DNA of 64,000 nucleotides, from NCBI RefSeq assembly GCF_006345805.1, contig NC_043011.1:58540464-58604463 (forward strand), in the 5' to 3' direction. Source of the DNA: Octopus sinensis (lineage: Eukaryota). The notes under the pieces are model-generated. The model saw only the letters and a list, made by a program, of their open reading frames with translations, was not told the origin of the DNA and did no database searches. Of this stretch, positions 12,636 through 25,625 are shown one piece after another. The stretch's first letter is position 1. Each line of letters opens with the position of its first letter. The translations under genes were made by a program, and so were the position numbers.

Positions 12636-13640
12636 CAGCAACAGCAACAACACTTAGTATTTGCCATTACTGTTGGTGTTGTTTAGTGCAACATTGAAGG
12701 GTTCGAATATAATTTTCTTATATAGCACACCGTTGGTATGCTTGTTAATATCTAAGCGATAGAGCCATAGATATTAAGTAACTCTAGCGAGAGTATATTG
12801 CTTTACACAACTTTACACTGGCATCCAATGACTTTAAGTATCACAAGAAGTGATACCAATAATGTGCATATATTAGTTCCAGGCTACATCGCTATGTTCC
12901 CTGTCAAATATTCTGTCATTTGTTATATATCAAGAAAAACTTCAAGTTTTATATCTGCCTCACATTCTCAATTATATCCTATAAAGAAAACAACTTGCCA
13001 ATGCAAAGCTGAAGAAAAATCGCGATTTATTCCATATCGTTTTTAAAGAAAGGATTCTCATATCACAAAAAGACCTTCAAAGTGTAAAAAAAACACAGGA
13101 CTAGCTACATTTTTTAAAAAATTTTTTCATTCTATATAAAAATAAACTTTTTGAATCAAATTCACCGCAGTTCCCGTAGAGGAATATTTTCCCTTGTGAA
13201 AAATGGTATAAAAACAATATATCGACCCAGTGATTCTAGTAAAGTTTCAGACCCGTGTTTCTGGCTAATTAGCCTTTGTCAATGCGAACTGCCGGAAAGT
13301 GATAATTCTGACTAGATTCAAAGACGTAGGTTCCCTTTAGCTATGTTTTAACGAATTTTACCATAAGAGAGACATTTTTCTTGATAACCGAACTACTTCA
13401 CAAACACATTGTAATGAACCTAAAGTTCGTTTATACTTAATGAATGCTTGGTGCTGATATTTCTATTTTTTATTCCAACAAGGTGCAACTCGCTGATATT
13501 AACTATATTTTAGTTAAAGATGCGGCTTTGAATCTGCCCGGCGTTATCTCTCTTCCTGTTGAGGCAAGCGAAAGACCGAGAAACGCAGGTCTGCGATTCC
13601 GCTAGACGGAAGCACTGGGCAGATAAGTTAATTTAACATA

Positions 13641-13740
13641 NNNNNNNNNNNNNNNNNNNNNNNNNNNNNNNNNNNNNNNNNNNNNNNNNNNNNNNNNNNN
13701 NNNNNNNNNNNNNNNNNNNNNNNNNNNNNNNNNNNNNNNN
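13641..13740. other. Assembly gap (100 N)
   Basis: Run of 100 n. Confidence 1.
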
Positions 13741-15679
13741 GCAACAAAGTGGCGTTTATTGATCACATATGCGGCCAGTATATCTTTTGAAGTTGAGGAA
13801 TTTATGTTATTTAAAATCAGATCACTAAGTATATTTACTGTGATTTTATTTTCTTATTCCAGAAGGAAGGAAGGAAACCGAAGGCGGCTCCAATGGAATT
13901 TCAATTGTAAACATAAAAGGATTAAATTCAATAAGTAAATAGAACAACGTCACCGATAAGCACGTTATTAATTTGCAAGTGGCAGCAGACGCGTTATTGT
14001 TATTGTTATTGCGGGGCATAACGATATAGTTGGCTTCTTATTAAATCATAAAGCGATATCTAGCACAAACCACACCATACCCGCATGGAAATTGAAATAT
14101 ATGTTAAATAATGTAGCACTACGCAAATTAGACTGGCAAATAATGCAAGAATGCAGAATTGTGTTTGTTTGTCTTCTACATCTGGTAACTTACAAAGATT
14201 TTAATTAAAATCTCTCGGAGTAACCATCTATGAGAAAGGACCATATCAGATTAAGGGGTTTGCCTAAATTATGAACTTCACCATCGAATTTGAGTTTCAT
14301 GGACGGAGCGCATGCACCATGAATATTTACTCAAATCGTCATCAAAATTAATTATTTCTAATTACACAAAACCTTAACATTTATTGGAATGCGGAACAAA
14401 GTGGGGTGGCATTCCTCCATTCCCTACTAATACTGGTAAGATGAAGTGAATTTGAGTTAACGTGGAAGGAAAACATAGTCTTTAACTTAGAAATGTCTTC
14501 TATATACTGCTCCGTAGCACTTGTCTAGCAAATTAAGAAATCCTTACGTATGCACAAAGGTGTTTCTCTCTTTAAGAACACTTAATAAATTGATTAAATC
14601 AAGGCAAATATATTAAAGAAAGAACGACGAAAGAACGTTAAACATGTCAGAATATTAACATTTGACCAAAACGGATAAAACAAACCGCTGCTATTCATCC
14701 AACCCAGAACTCTGCATTCATAGCTATATCCACCATTTTCTGTAATTATTGCTATTCTCATCTAATATCATCTTATGATATTAAAGCCAGCATAAATACT
14801 TCCAGCTGGAATAACAACATAATTTTCTTCTTGCGATATTCTCATCGAGACATCCATTATTAAAAGTATTCCTGGTCCTTTAGAATATCAAAATTTTCAT
14901 AACCTGTAAATTCAAGGCTTTACAAATCCTAACGATATCTCCCGGCAATTTAAGTTTGCCAAATCATCATTTCAATCACAACACTTTCTATTTCGTAACC
15001 GGCTTCCGAACCTCCACAGAACACGCATTAAGTATTAATCATACGCCTGTGGGTGGTGCCGCTGTTGCTACATATGAAAATATCTTCGTTGGATACTGCG
15101 CCTGAAAATATTTACTATTCCACAAGATAAATCCGCTGATTAATATATAAGTAACGCTTCCTAACAGCTGTATTTAAACTACAACGGCGACGTCCTCCCT
15201 TCATTTGAATTTGCAGTTCCACATTCTGTGGTCATTCTTGCTTTCCTTACTTCCATATCACCTGTCTTCAAACCTTAATACCTTACGGTGAAGGGCTACA
15301 TTGCTTTCGCGAATCTGGAAGTGCATGAAAATATGGAGGGCGTTGCTGCGATTCTTCTGGGTAAATAACAAAGAGGAATAGAAAATATAAACCGCAATAT
15401 CCGACAAGTTTGTGTAAGTGTAAAATAAAACGTACCTCTGGCATTATTTGGAATTTTTAGTGACTTAGTAGTATGAAAGGAGAATTTAAATGGTTTATCT
15501 TTGATAGATATCGATCGAAAGTCAAAATCTAGTCATATTCTATTCCGTGTCGTAGTTGAAGTTCCCAACGGAACAATCAATTTTTCATCACATTGAAACA
15601 CGAAAACAACAAATGATATACAATCGCGGTGCTGTCGGTTGTTACCGATAAATGACCCTTTCACAAATACACGCTGATA

Positions 15680-15869
15680 CGTATACATGCATACTTACAT
15701 ACATACGTACACGGAAATATATACATACATACTTGTATGCATATATATATATATATATTGTGCATCGCTCATACGTATACATGCATACGTACAGGGAAAT
15801 ATATACATGCATTCTTGTACGCATGTATATTTATACATACATGTATGCATACTACCATAAAAATATATA

Positions 15870-15917
<48 letters not shown>

Positions 15918-16160
15918 AGGTATATATATATATATATGAATATATATTGTACACGGAAATATTACATACATACTTGTATGTATATATATTCATACACACA
16001 TGTATGCGTGCATACTTACATACATACGTACACGCAAATATATACATGCATACTTGTATGCATATATATTCATACATGCATGCATACATCCATATAAATA
16101 TATATGCATATATATATATGAATAAATATATATTGTGCATGTGTATGTATCGCATATATG
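15680..16160. repeat. Degenerate ~80-bp minisatellite of alternating purine-pyrimidine sequence
   Basis: Anchor gtaca(c/g)g(g/c)aaatat recurs at 15707, 15789, 15949 and 16028. Confidence 0.7.
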
Positions 16161-17559
16161 AGTGATTGCATCTCATACACACATACACGTCAGCCATCTG
16201 AATAGCTTACATGGAAAACAAAATCTCCCACCATATTGGTTCTGCTGGAAGACACGAATGGCAGAGAATGGCAACAAAAAACCAGAAAATATATTAATAT
16301 GTACTAAACTTGTTAACCATGTAGCCATCCCTGGCAGCCAGTATTGCACAATTTACTCGCCGAGAGCTGATACGAATAAATACCATCTATAATACCAATT
16401 ATGTTTTATTGACAATTTGGTACATGCATGTGAACATAAATACGTACGTACATACGTATTAATACATGTATGTATGTATATATGTATGTATGTATATATG
16501 TATGTATGTATGTATGTATGCTTGAATGTTTGTGCGTGTGTGTGTGTCTGTGTATGAATATTTGTATTAGTCATTGAACAGAATAAAACACAATCATAGT
16601 GCTAAATAAAATTAGAACACGGAAAATGTTTAAAGTCAACTTCTCATTTCCAAAAAGAAACAAAACGTGGTTTATGAAGTAGAATGAAGAAAAGATAAAT
16701 TAATACAAAATGTTGCGATATATAAACAGTATTTAAAGAAATAGAATAAAGATTGAAGGGAAAATAAAATAGAAGTGGATGTCAACAGAGTCTGAACAAT
16801 GCTTTTTGAATACTGAAAATAGACTTCAGCTTCATGTTGTTTTTCAGTGCGTTTTTTTTTGTTATTTTTAATGGAAATGAATCAACGACAAATGAACTGT
16901 GCAGAAGAACAACAGGAAAATGAAATGACAGCGTCGTGTAAGTCAAAGTAATTAGTTTCCGAAATTTGGAGTAAAAAGAGAAAAAGTCAAAAGAAAAAAA
17001 AGTAGAACATGGTAATTTAACAGACTGAATGGATAGTGCAGTCAAGGATAGAATTTCAAATAAAAGTAAAGCCGTCATATTTATTTATATTTACTTTTAC
17101 AAGTATAATTTGATAGTGTTGGGGTTACAAAGTTTGAAATATGAACTCAAATTTTGAAAGATGCCATCCTTGATGCCGGACATAATTTAAGCTATCCCGA
17201 GCTGGAAAAAGGTAGTTTGGACAATTAAAAATATAGGGAATATCAATGTTGAAAGTTGTTGCTCTTCACATTTTCATGGAATGAGAAAGTGTGATTTCTA
17301 TTGGAAATGGATGCCACTAAAAAGAGACTGGAAAACTGATAAGATGTGTCATTTTGATAAAATGCTATTTCATGTGCGTGAAAAATAGGTTATCGCAGTT
17401 TGCGAGTACCTATTCCAAATGAAATACAAACAAGCCCGATACATAAACTTCATTTTAAAGTTTAATTTCTAAATCGAATGGAGTTCATGTCATCCTGTCA
17501 CTTCAACTCTAAATACAACATTGAAATTTTGAAATTCTACTGGGGTATCCACAACATGT

Positions 17560-17865
17560 AACCTAAAAACATGGCGTGTCCTCAGATTTCATGATTCTTT
17601 CGAAATTTCAGGATTTCTGAAAAACCTTCGTATCGGTAATGGAACTATCTTAAGCATGGAGAACAGAAGAGTGTAGCTATTTTATGAAGAAATATTCCCG
17701 GATCAAGTTGAAATTAAAATAGCACAGAATGTTCCAAGCAAATACACATCAGCAATTCGGCGTGTTATGTAATCAATACGTCATATGTATTACCGCTGTA
17801 CAAACGAAAGTATCTTCTTGAGAAGCTCTCTGCAGGAAATGACCAAATGAAATTTTAAAGTGTGT
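17560..17865 (+). pseudogene. Possible highly decayed Helitron Pif1-type helicase fragment
   Basis: With frameshifts it reads NMRV...SGFLKNLRIGNG...EEIFPD...YLLEKL, resembling the NMR...LLRIGNG...IFP helicase motifs; stops present. Confidence 0.35.
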
Positions 17866-18011
17866 TTCTGTCTCTATGAAGTTTTAGCAGAGATATTGGA
17901 ATACAGCTTGGAAATGACAATTGCATCATAATTCAAATGGACGAGAATATAAATGAATGACCTTTCCATAAAGCAATGTAACAAGATTCCTCAACAGGGA
18001 AGAATTACATA

Positions 18012-18086
<75 letters not shown>

Positions 18087-18374
18087 ATGTATGTATGTAT
18101 GTATGTATGTATCTATCTATATATTATCGTTTGTGATGGTCGAGATGGCAACGCAGCGCTGCAGAACATTGAATAGAATGCGCGTGTTCTTGGACATTTT
18201 AGTGTGAAGTGACTGCACAAGATAGCAATTTATAGATATGCAATCTCTGAGTGATAGCTATTGAACTCAATGTACAACAGATGCATACCGAAAAGCAATT
18301 AAGACACAATAAGTTAATCTCGTTATTGTGTGCCTGATAAAAGTAAAGAAAGATGCCAGACTGGAGTCCAGCGC

Positions 18375-18663
18375 AAGGCAAAGTCGACCTCGGCGGAATT
18401 TGAGCTCAGAACGCAAAGACAGACGAAATACCTATTTCTTTACTACCCACAAGGTGCTAAACACAGTGAGGACAAACAAGGACAGCCAAACGCATTATGT
18501 CGATTATATCGACCCAGTGCGTAACTGGTACTTATTTAATCGACGCCGAAAGGATGGAATGTAAGGTCGATCTCGGGGGAATTTGAACTCAGAACGTAAC
18601 GGCAGACGAAATACGTCTACGCATTTCTCCCGCCGTGCTAACGTTGCAGCCAGCTCGCCGCCT
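18375..18663 (-). mobile_element. Dimeric SINE family A, 3'-truncated
   Basis: Same junction (aaagaaataggtatttcgtctg) as the 11585 dimer. Confidence 0.88.
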
Positions 18664-19158
18664 TGTGAATGACGGTTTTTGATAAACCCCATATACAAGC
18701 GTCATTATCAAAAATTATATTTAAGTATAATTTTTGTCTGCCTCATTTCAATAAATTTATTTCAATAAGATATAAACGTTGAAACAATTACAGATAATAA
18801 ATCATGATGTTTGTTTAACTCATTCGTTCATTTCTCATCTTTCCCAGGGTTAAGGCACTCAGCTGCTTCTAACTTTTAATTTATTATACAATGTTTGAAA
18901 TTATTAGCTTTGAGTCAGACAGAATCTCTTGTTAGACAGAATCTTGTTGCAGACGTTGACAAGAGCAGGAAATATAAATAATATTAATGTATTTAATTAA
19001 TTGCTAAATACATTTTACAATAATTAATGAGTAAAAAATGATATTCTACAAAATGTATATTAAATCAACGAAAAAATTAGGCAAGAAAATAGATACGTAA
19101 TTGCGTTGGAATATGGAGAGCAAAGTATGTGTGTGTGCGTATATTTGGGTACGTAAAA

Positions 19159-19389
19159 GGCGGCGAGCTGGCAGAATCTTTAGCATGTCGGACGAAATGA
19201 TTACCGGTATTTCGTCTGCCGCTAGGTTCTGAGTTCAAATTCCGCCGAGGTCGACTTTGCCTTTCATCGTTTCAGGTTCGATAAATTAAGTACCAGTTAC
19301 GCACTGGGGTCGATGTAATCGACTAAATCCCTTTGTCTGTCCTTATTTGTCCTCTCTATGTTTAGCCCCTTGTGGGCAAAAAACAAATA
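19159..19389 (+). mobile_element. SINE family A with 16-bp TSD
   Basis: atatttgggtacgtaa on both sides. Confidence 0.92.
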
Positions 19390-19911
19390 ATATTTGGGTA
19401 CGTAAGATTGTATGCAAGTCTGTATGTTTGTTGTGTGTATAACAACCCTTCAAAAACAAAAAAAAAAAACTCTAACACTAACAGCAACACACAGACCAAC
19501 GCATATATATTCATATATAGACAAACGTGGAACGCCAAAATTAAATCCAGTACATTACACAGGCTTCAACTATTAGCAATCAGGACTGAATATCTGTGGA
19601 TATTGAAAAATTATTCAAACAGAATCATTCTACCCAGGCAAAATAAAATACTATGAGTGATTCACTTCATCGTATTTGGAAAGTGTAATGCGAGCTTTCC
19701 ACGGGAGTAAACACATGTGTAGCATGCTCTAAGTCTATGGATGCACTAAACTTGCAAAAGCTAATGACGTGCAATGTTCATTGGATTGTTTGTTAAGGAA
19801 CTCTGTCGTGGAAGTGGTCCGAAATCGTGTCATTCAATACATACATACATACATACATATATACGTATATAGACATATATATATATATATATATAGTATA
19901 ATATATATATA

Positions 19912-20075
19912 CTTTATTTAAGCAGCAGAAAATTCAACAAATCTTGTTACAACGAGAAACTCAGAGTAACAGATTTTGTTGAATTTTCTGCTGCTTAAAA
20001 TAAAGCATATTACTCTACCACTGGTATTTGAGTACTCTTTTTCCACCTTGTTTCACATTTATGTGTTTACTCCGG
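19912..20075 (+). mobile_element. Fold-back Penelope-like mini-insertion (hairpin plus tail) in (TA)n
   Basis: Arms 19912-19950 and 19966-20005 are near-perfect inverted repeats; loop carries GAAACTCAGAGTA; ~65-nt unique tail follows. Confidence 0.7.
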
Positions 20076-20184
20076 TATATGTATATATATATAGATATAA
20101 ATAAATATATATATATATATCATATTATATATATATATTATTTAATAAATATTATATATATATATATATATATAATACAAATAC

Positions 20185-20414
20185 GGCGGCGAGCTGTCAG
20201 AAGCGTTAACACGTCGGACGAAATGATTACCGGTGTTTCGTCTGACGCTACGTTCTGAGTTCAAATTCTACCCAGGTCGACTTTGCCTTTCATCCTTTCG
20301 GGGTCGATAAATTAAGTACCAGTTATGCACTTGGGTCGATATAATCGACTTAATCTCTTTGTCTGTCCTTGATTGTCCCCTCTGTGTTTAGCCCCTTGTG
20401 GGTAGTAAAAAATA
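20185..20414 (+). mobile_element. SINE family A with TSD tataatacaaata
   Basis: Matches 2212-2442. Confidence 0.92.
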
Positions 20415-20502
20415 CCTATAATACAAATAAGAAAATGGAGAAACAAATTTAGTTTCTTCATCAACTTTCGGATATTATAATGTTTGATTATTTATGCATT
20501 TA

Positions 20503-20539
<37 letters not shown>

Positions 20540-20719
20540 CATATGTATGCATGTATGTATACAGACACACAAAAACATACATACGAACACACACGCGCAG
20601 TCACAACACACACACACACACTTATATACGTAAACAGTCACTTATCGTAGCAGAAATACCAGGTGACGTAATTTCAGTGTACTGCGCATTATCAATGATA
20701 TGTGGCGTCCGTCACATAC

Positions 20720-20905
20720 CAGCAAGATTTCACCATCATCACTACAACAACTGGAAACATTTTTCGCTGAAGAATGGACGAGATGGTAACGAGTCAGTAC
20801 TTCATAGAATTCAAGCTGTAATTACTGCCAAAGGTCGTCCTACACCTACTTTAAAAAAATAAATTTGTTTGAAATTTGAAGGTGTTTCCATTTTTTTGTC
20901 CAACA
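20720..20905 (+). mobile_element. Tc1-like transposon 3' fragment
   Basis: Translates PSSLQQLETFFAEEW...ESVLHRIQAVITAKGRPTP (Tc1 transposase C-terminus), then TIR-like ggtgtttccatttttttgtccaac. Confidence 0.65.
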
Positions 20906-20921
20906 GGCTCCCGCACACACA

Positions 20922-20985
<64 letters not shown>

Positions 20986-21007
20986 AATATACATATACAC
21001 TCACATA

Positions 21008-21055
<48 letters not shown>

Positions 21056-21879
21056 TTATTTACGTATATAGACATATGTGTGAATTCGGACCGATAAATC
21101 GAATAGAATAGATACATAAATATGTATATTATATACATATATAAATATATAATATAAAAATATATTATTATATAGATATTATATGATTTGATTTTCGAGT
21201 TCCAATTGGGATTTGAGGAAATATTGATAGAAATTGCCGTATAATCAAATAATACGCAAATTAAGTTTGGTCATATTAGTGTATTTAATTATATTAGGTC
21301 CTTGCCCTTACGTAGGCTTCCATATGAAATATTTATTATGAGAAAATAAGAACTTCGCTGCAGTCTGTATCAATACCGTATATTAGCTACATAGATCTGA
21401 TGGTGGTTATTTCAATTTTCATGTTTATTTGTACCTAAATCATTTTATATTAAATAAAATTCACGTGTTCAATAGAATACATTGGAAATCTACCCTGGGT
21501 TTTCTTATATGTTCCAAGTTCATAGCTCTATACAAATAAACGTGAAGATTACTCAAGACGGAACGTTCTGCTAAGCGCGATTTCGCTCCTACCTCAATGA
21601 CATTGCTTGACTTATGTTGCGTCGGTGCTTTTGAATGGCGATGACTCTCTAAATTCTGCTACCCATATGAAAATAGCTGATGAAGGAAAGCGATCTCTGA
21701 CTTCATAGTTCGCATTGCGGTCGGTGTTAAAAGAACAGATCATACACTGATTAAAAGATCATGTGGCAAACAATATATTTAGCTGTGGTCGTCTCATATT
21801 CCTCGTCTATATTACGGAAGAAGGTAGAGTCAGCTACAAAAAAACGAAATATTTGCCTGCATATCACCTGTAGTCAAAA

Positions 21880-22112
21880 TTCCTTCTGAGTCATATAAAC
21901 TTACAAGACCGGTTTCTCGGCTTCCATGGCGCATAAATTCCGCAACTGGACGGGACGCCAGTCTGTTGCAGGATTATTCCTTTTTGCTAGCTGAGTGAAC
22001 TGGAGCAACATGAAATGAAGTGTTTTGCTCAAGGGCACAAAGCGTCGTCTGGTCCAGGAATCGAAACCACAATCTTACAATCATGAGTCCAACACCCCTA
22101 ACTACTTGTCAC
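21880..22112 (-). mobile_element. tRNA-derived SINE family C
   Basis: Minus strand has A/B-box-like agtagttagg...ggtttcgattcctgg then cccttgagcaaaacactt...gctccagttcactcagct; related piece at 48758-48865. Confidence 0.7.
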
Positions 22113-22156
22113 TTATTACATTGAGCTAATATATTGTGATATCTTTCTGAGGGTAA

Positions 22157-22361
22157 AACAGCGAGCTTAGAGAAACGTTAGCACGTGGGGCGAAGTGTTT
22201 AGCGATGTTTCGTGTCTTTACGTTCTCAGTTCAAATTCCGAAGAGGTCGACTTTGATTTCATTCTTTCCGGATCGATAAATTAAGTCCCAGTTGCGATCG
22301 ATCTAATCAGCTGGTCCCCTCCCCCAGAATTTCGGGCCCTGGGCCTAGAGTAGAAAAGAAT
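22157..22361 (+). mobile_element. SINE family A, tail-2 variant, TSD tttctgagggtaa
   Basis: Core and tail match 5772-5976. Confidence 0.88.
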
Positions 22362-23032
22362 ATTTTCTGAGGGTAATATGTGCTTACAGGAATTTTTGCT
22401 GGTATGTCTTCAAGAACCTCTGTATGATTCTGACCATTGTGTTCAGTTCTTTGGAAAGGTATAAAAGCGTGACCTCATCTCTCCAACTAACAACGCACCC
22501 TCTCTAAAAATTTTTTTTTGATGCTTGAATGGTGAACCAAAATTTGCTTAGTAAATATTTAACTTTGCATGTCCTTTCCTTAAATGTCAGATTTTACTTC
22601 TTAAATTTAGAATGAGAATAAACGACACGTTCATATATCTTGTTACGACTATTCGAAAACAAAAGCTGCTATGGCAGCTATATCATGGAGATGGTGAAAA
22701 CATTTTAGGGTTTCTATAAATAATTCCATCTACAACTATAGTTGATCTTCTCAAATTAACAATGCGTAATGTACAAAATCTCCACGTATCCATTGATTTG
22801 TGATTCAGCTGTGTTTACGAATATTACTCAATCTAGTTTCCATGTTAAAAGCCGCGCTGCAATAACGAACTTGGCTCAAATCTCTTCTTAGCGTGAATGA
22901 CGTACAACACATTAAATAATCTTGCAACTAATTGTACAGGATAGTCTGATGCCGGTTTAAGTCAGGCATAAGTAGGACCATATTTCGTAAAATAATTGTG
23001 TGTGTGTATATCCAACCATTACGTAGGATTAG

Positions 23033-23179
23033 CCTGGACGTAAGTCCCATTTTGCTTCTTTCTTTTACCTAATACATAAATCCACCAGTGCTTCATAAGT
23101 TATTTATCTTATTGTCATTATTAACGGATCAAAGTTAAAAATACATATTATAAGTCCTATTAAATAGAAAAATAAGAAT
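23033..23179 (+). repeat. Inverted repeat arm A (partner 24167-24314)
   Basis: About 147 bp reverse-complement match with few mismatches. Confidence 0.9.
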
Positions 23180-24024
23180 GTGAATAAAAATATATAAATT
23201 CCAATATATTTAAAGCATTAAGATTTTTTTTACAAAATTCGAAAAGTTTTTAAATTTTAAATATTTAAAACAATAAACACAAAAAATTACAATACCAATA
23301 TATATAGAAAATGCTAAACTCAGGGAAACCCTATATTATAAACACATCAAATCCTACAACCGATCTATATAAATATTACTGGAATTCATCATTTAGTATA
23401 AAATTTACACCTATCTATACAAGTATAAATTGCCATTTTTTATGTGAAACGTGAGTTAATAGTATTTAAAAAGATTATTTAGAAAAAAAAACACCATATA
23501 CGTTATAAATTTATTGAATAAAAGTTATGAAAAAATCATAAAGAACAATCTAGTAAAACCATTAACAAAGGAAGAATACTTATCGACATAATGTTTACTC
23601 CTCCCGTGCAAGTGGCTGCTCTCTCTGTCATGCGCAAAGTATTATGGGAATATCATAAATAAAATTATATACTCTGAAAAATTATCTAAGACTAATAATA
23701 TTAAAGTGGTTAAATTCAAGGGAAGATAATAGCTAGATATACTTAAATCTAGCTGGAAACTGGATTTTTTTTATACCGTTTAAGATTTAGAGATTTACGT
23801 TGCATTAAATGTGGCCTGTCTATTCCTTTTAAGGTAACATTCTTTAATAAAGTCTTTGTTCCTGATATATTCGTATCTAATACTACTATACAATTCTTTT
23901 ATAACTACATTTAACTATCTTCCTGATAATTGCTTCAGAGATTAAACACTGGGTGGGTTGGGGTTATAATTATATATATTTTTCATTTTCTTATCCCAAA
24001 ATTGTAATTATATATATATATATA

Positions 24025-24141
24025 ATTTATTTTATCGGTGAATTATGCCGTACTGCTACGTCACGGTAACGTAAGCACACTAATGACGGTTGTCAGATGC
24101 TAGGGATGTGTAGAAACCTAGACATGAAGAGTTCACACTAT
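24025..24141 (-). repeat. Inverted local copy of SINE-B-derived sequence at 24853-24970
   Basis: Shares copy-specific sequence gtgtgcttacgttaccgtgacgtagcagtacggc. Confidence 0.85.
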
Positions 24142-24166
24142 TATTATTATTATTATTTATTATTAT

Positions 24167-24314
24167 ATTCTTATTTTTATATTTAATAGGACTTATAATA
24201 TGTATTCTTAACTTTGATCCGTTAATAATGGCAATAAGATAAATAACCTTATGAAGCACTGGTGGATTTATGCATTAGGTAAAAGAAAGAAGCAAAATGG
24301 GACTTACGTCCAGG
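24167..24314 (-). repeat. Inverted repeat arm A' (partner 23033-23179)
   Basis: Seen directly. Confidence 0.9.
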
Positions 24315-24344
24315 TTAAAAAATCTTGCACACAAATATATAACG

Positions 24345-24386
<42 letters not shown>

Positions 24387-24426
24387 GATTTATATATATA
24401 TATATATTATGTGTGTGTGTGTGTAT

Positions 24427-24612
24427 AGGGAGAGTTTGCGAAAAATACAAATGATAAAGACAGGTGGTGTACAAAATAAACAGATGTATTAGTATGACGC
24501 TCAGGAATAGAAAAAGTATTTTACGTTTCGAGCCTACGCTCTTCTACAGAAAGGGAAACAGAAAAAAACAAGGAGAGAAAAAAATGTGTGTAGTGGCTAA
24601 CGATCTGTCATG
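24427..24612 (-). mobile_element. P1-like mini-element with HHR-like core (24496-24549)
   Basis: Minus strand CTGTAGA-A-GAGC gtag GCTC-GAAACGT-(22 nt)-GCGTC; adjoins a (TA)/(TG) array. Confidence 0.65.
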
Positions 24613-24646
24613 ATAAATGCACGTAGATATATATTTTCATATATAG

Positions 24647-25082
24647 CTGCAGGTGTTGTTGCGCAGGAAGAAATTTGCTTACCAACTATTTAAATTAGGA
24701 GTTCGTCACACTGCATGACACTATGTCCACGTGCGTGCGTGCGTTTTAGTATAGCCACGGGCCAACCAAAGCCTTTGAATAGATCTGGAAAACGGACGCT
24801 GAAAGCAGGTCTTCGTTATGGTCATCTATATGCATGAGTGAAAGAAAGCGAGATAGTGTGAAAGTCTTAATGTCTGGGTTTTTATCCCTCCTCACCATCT
24901 GACAACCGTCATCAGTGTGCTTACGTTACCGTGACGTAGCAGTACGGCTTAATTCACCGATACAATAAATACCGAATTTAAAAAGTAAGTACCAGTGTCG
25001 ATTCATTCCCCTAAAGAAATCTTTAAGGTGGTGCCCCAGCATGACCGCGGTCTCATAACTAGACAAGTAAAGTTTAAAAGGG
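24647..25082 (+). mobile_element. Old diverged SINE family B copy
   Basis: Recognisable head, gggccaaccaaagcc, and tail aaggtggtgccccagcatgaccgc. Confidence 0.75.
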
Positions 25083-25534
25083 ACGTAGTTATGCGTGTGT
25101 ACATGTGTAATTCAGCTAAGTTGTCAGGACAGACATTCTCAGACAGGTCGTCAGAGAGTAATTTCTTTGAATCTGATTTGCAGTTAATGGCAAAATTAAG
25201 AAAATCGTTCCTTTTAATTTCATGAAAATGCCCTGAGAATTATGATAAGGTTATCTCTTTCATAGCTTCAAGACAAGATGTGTATACGTATGTATGTATG
25301 CATGCACGTATGCATGTGTGTGTATGTGTATGCATGCATGTATGTATGTGTGTATGTGTATATATATATATATATATATATGTGTATGTGTGTGTGTGCA
25401 AACATATGAATAGAATGATATATATATTTCTATACCACACATACACACATATCTATCTATCTATTTATATATATGTATATATGCGTATGTATGTTCTATA
25501 TATGTATGCTATATATTATATAATACACGCACAC

Positions 25535-25574
<40 letters not shown>

Positions 25575-25625
25575 TATATATCTATATATATATATATGTA
25601 TATAATATATATAGTATATTATATA

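Noticed and set aside
15680-16160. CRISPR-like repeat-spacer pattern
   Set aside because: Spacers are low-complexity and mutually similar, there are no cas genes, and the context is eukaryotic.
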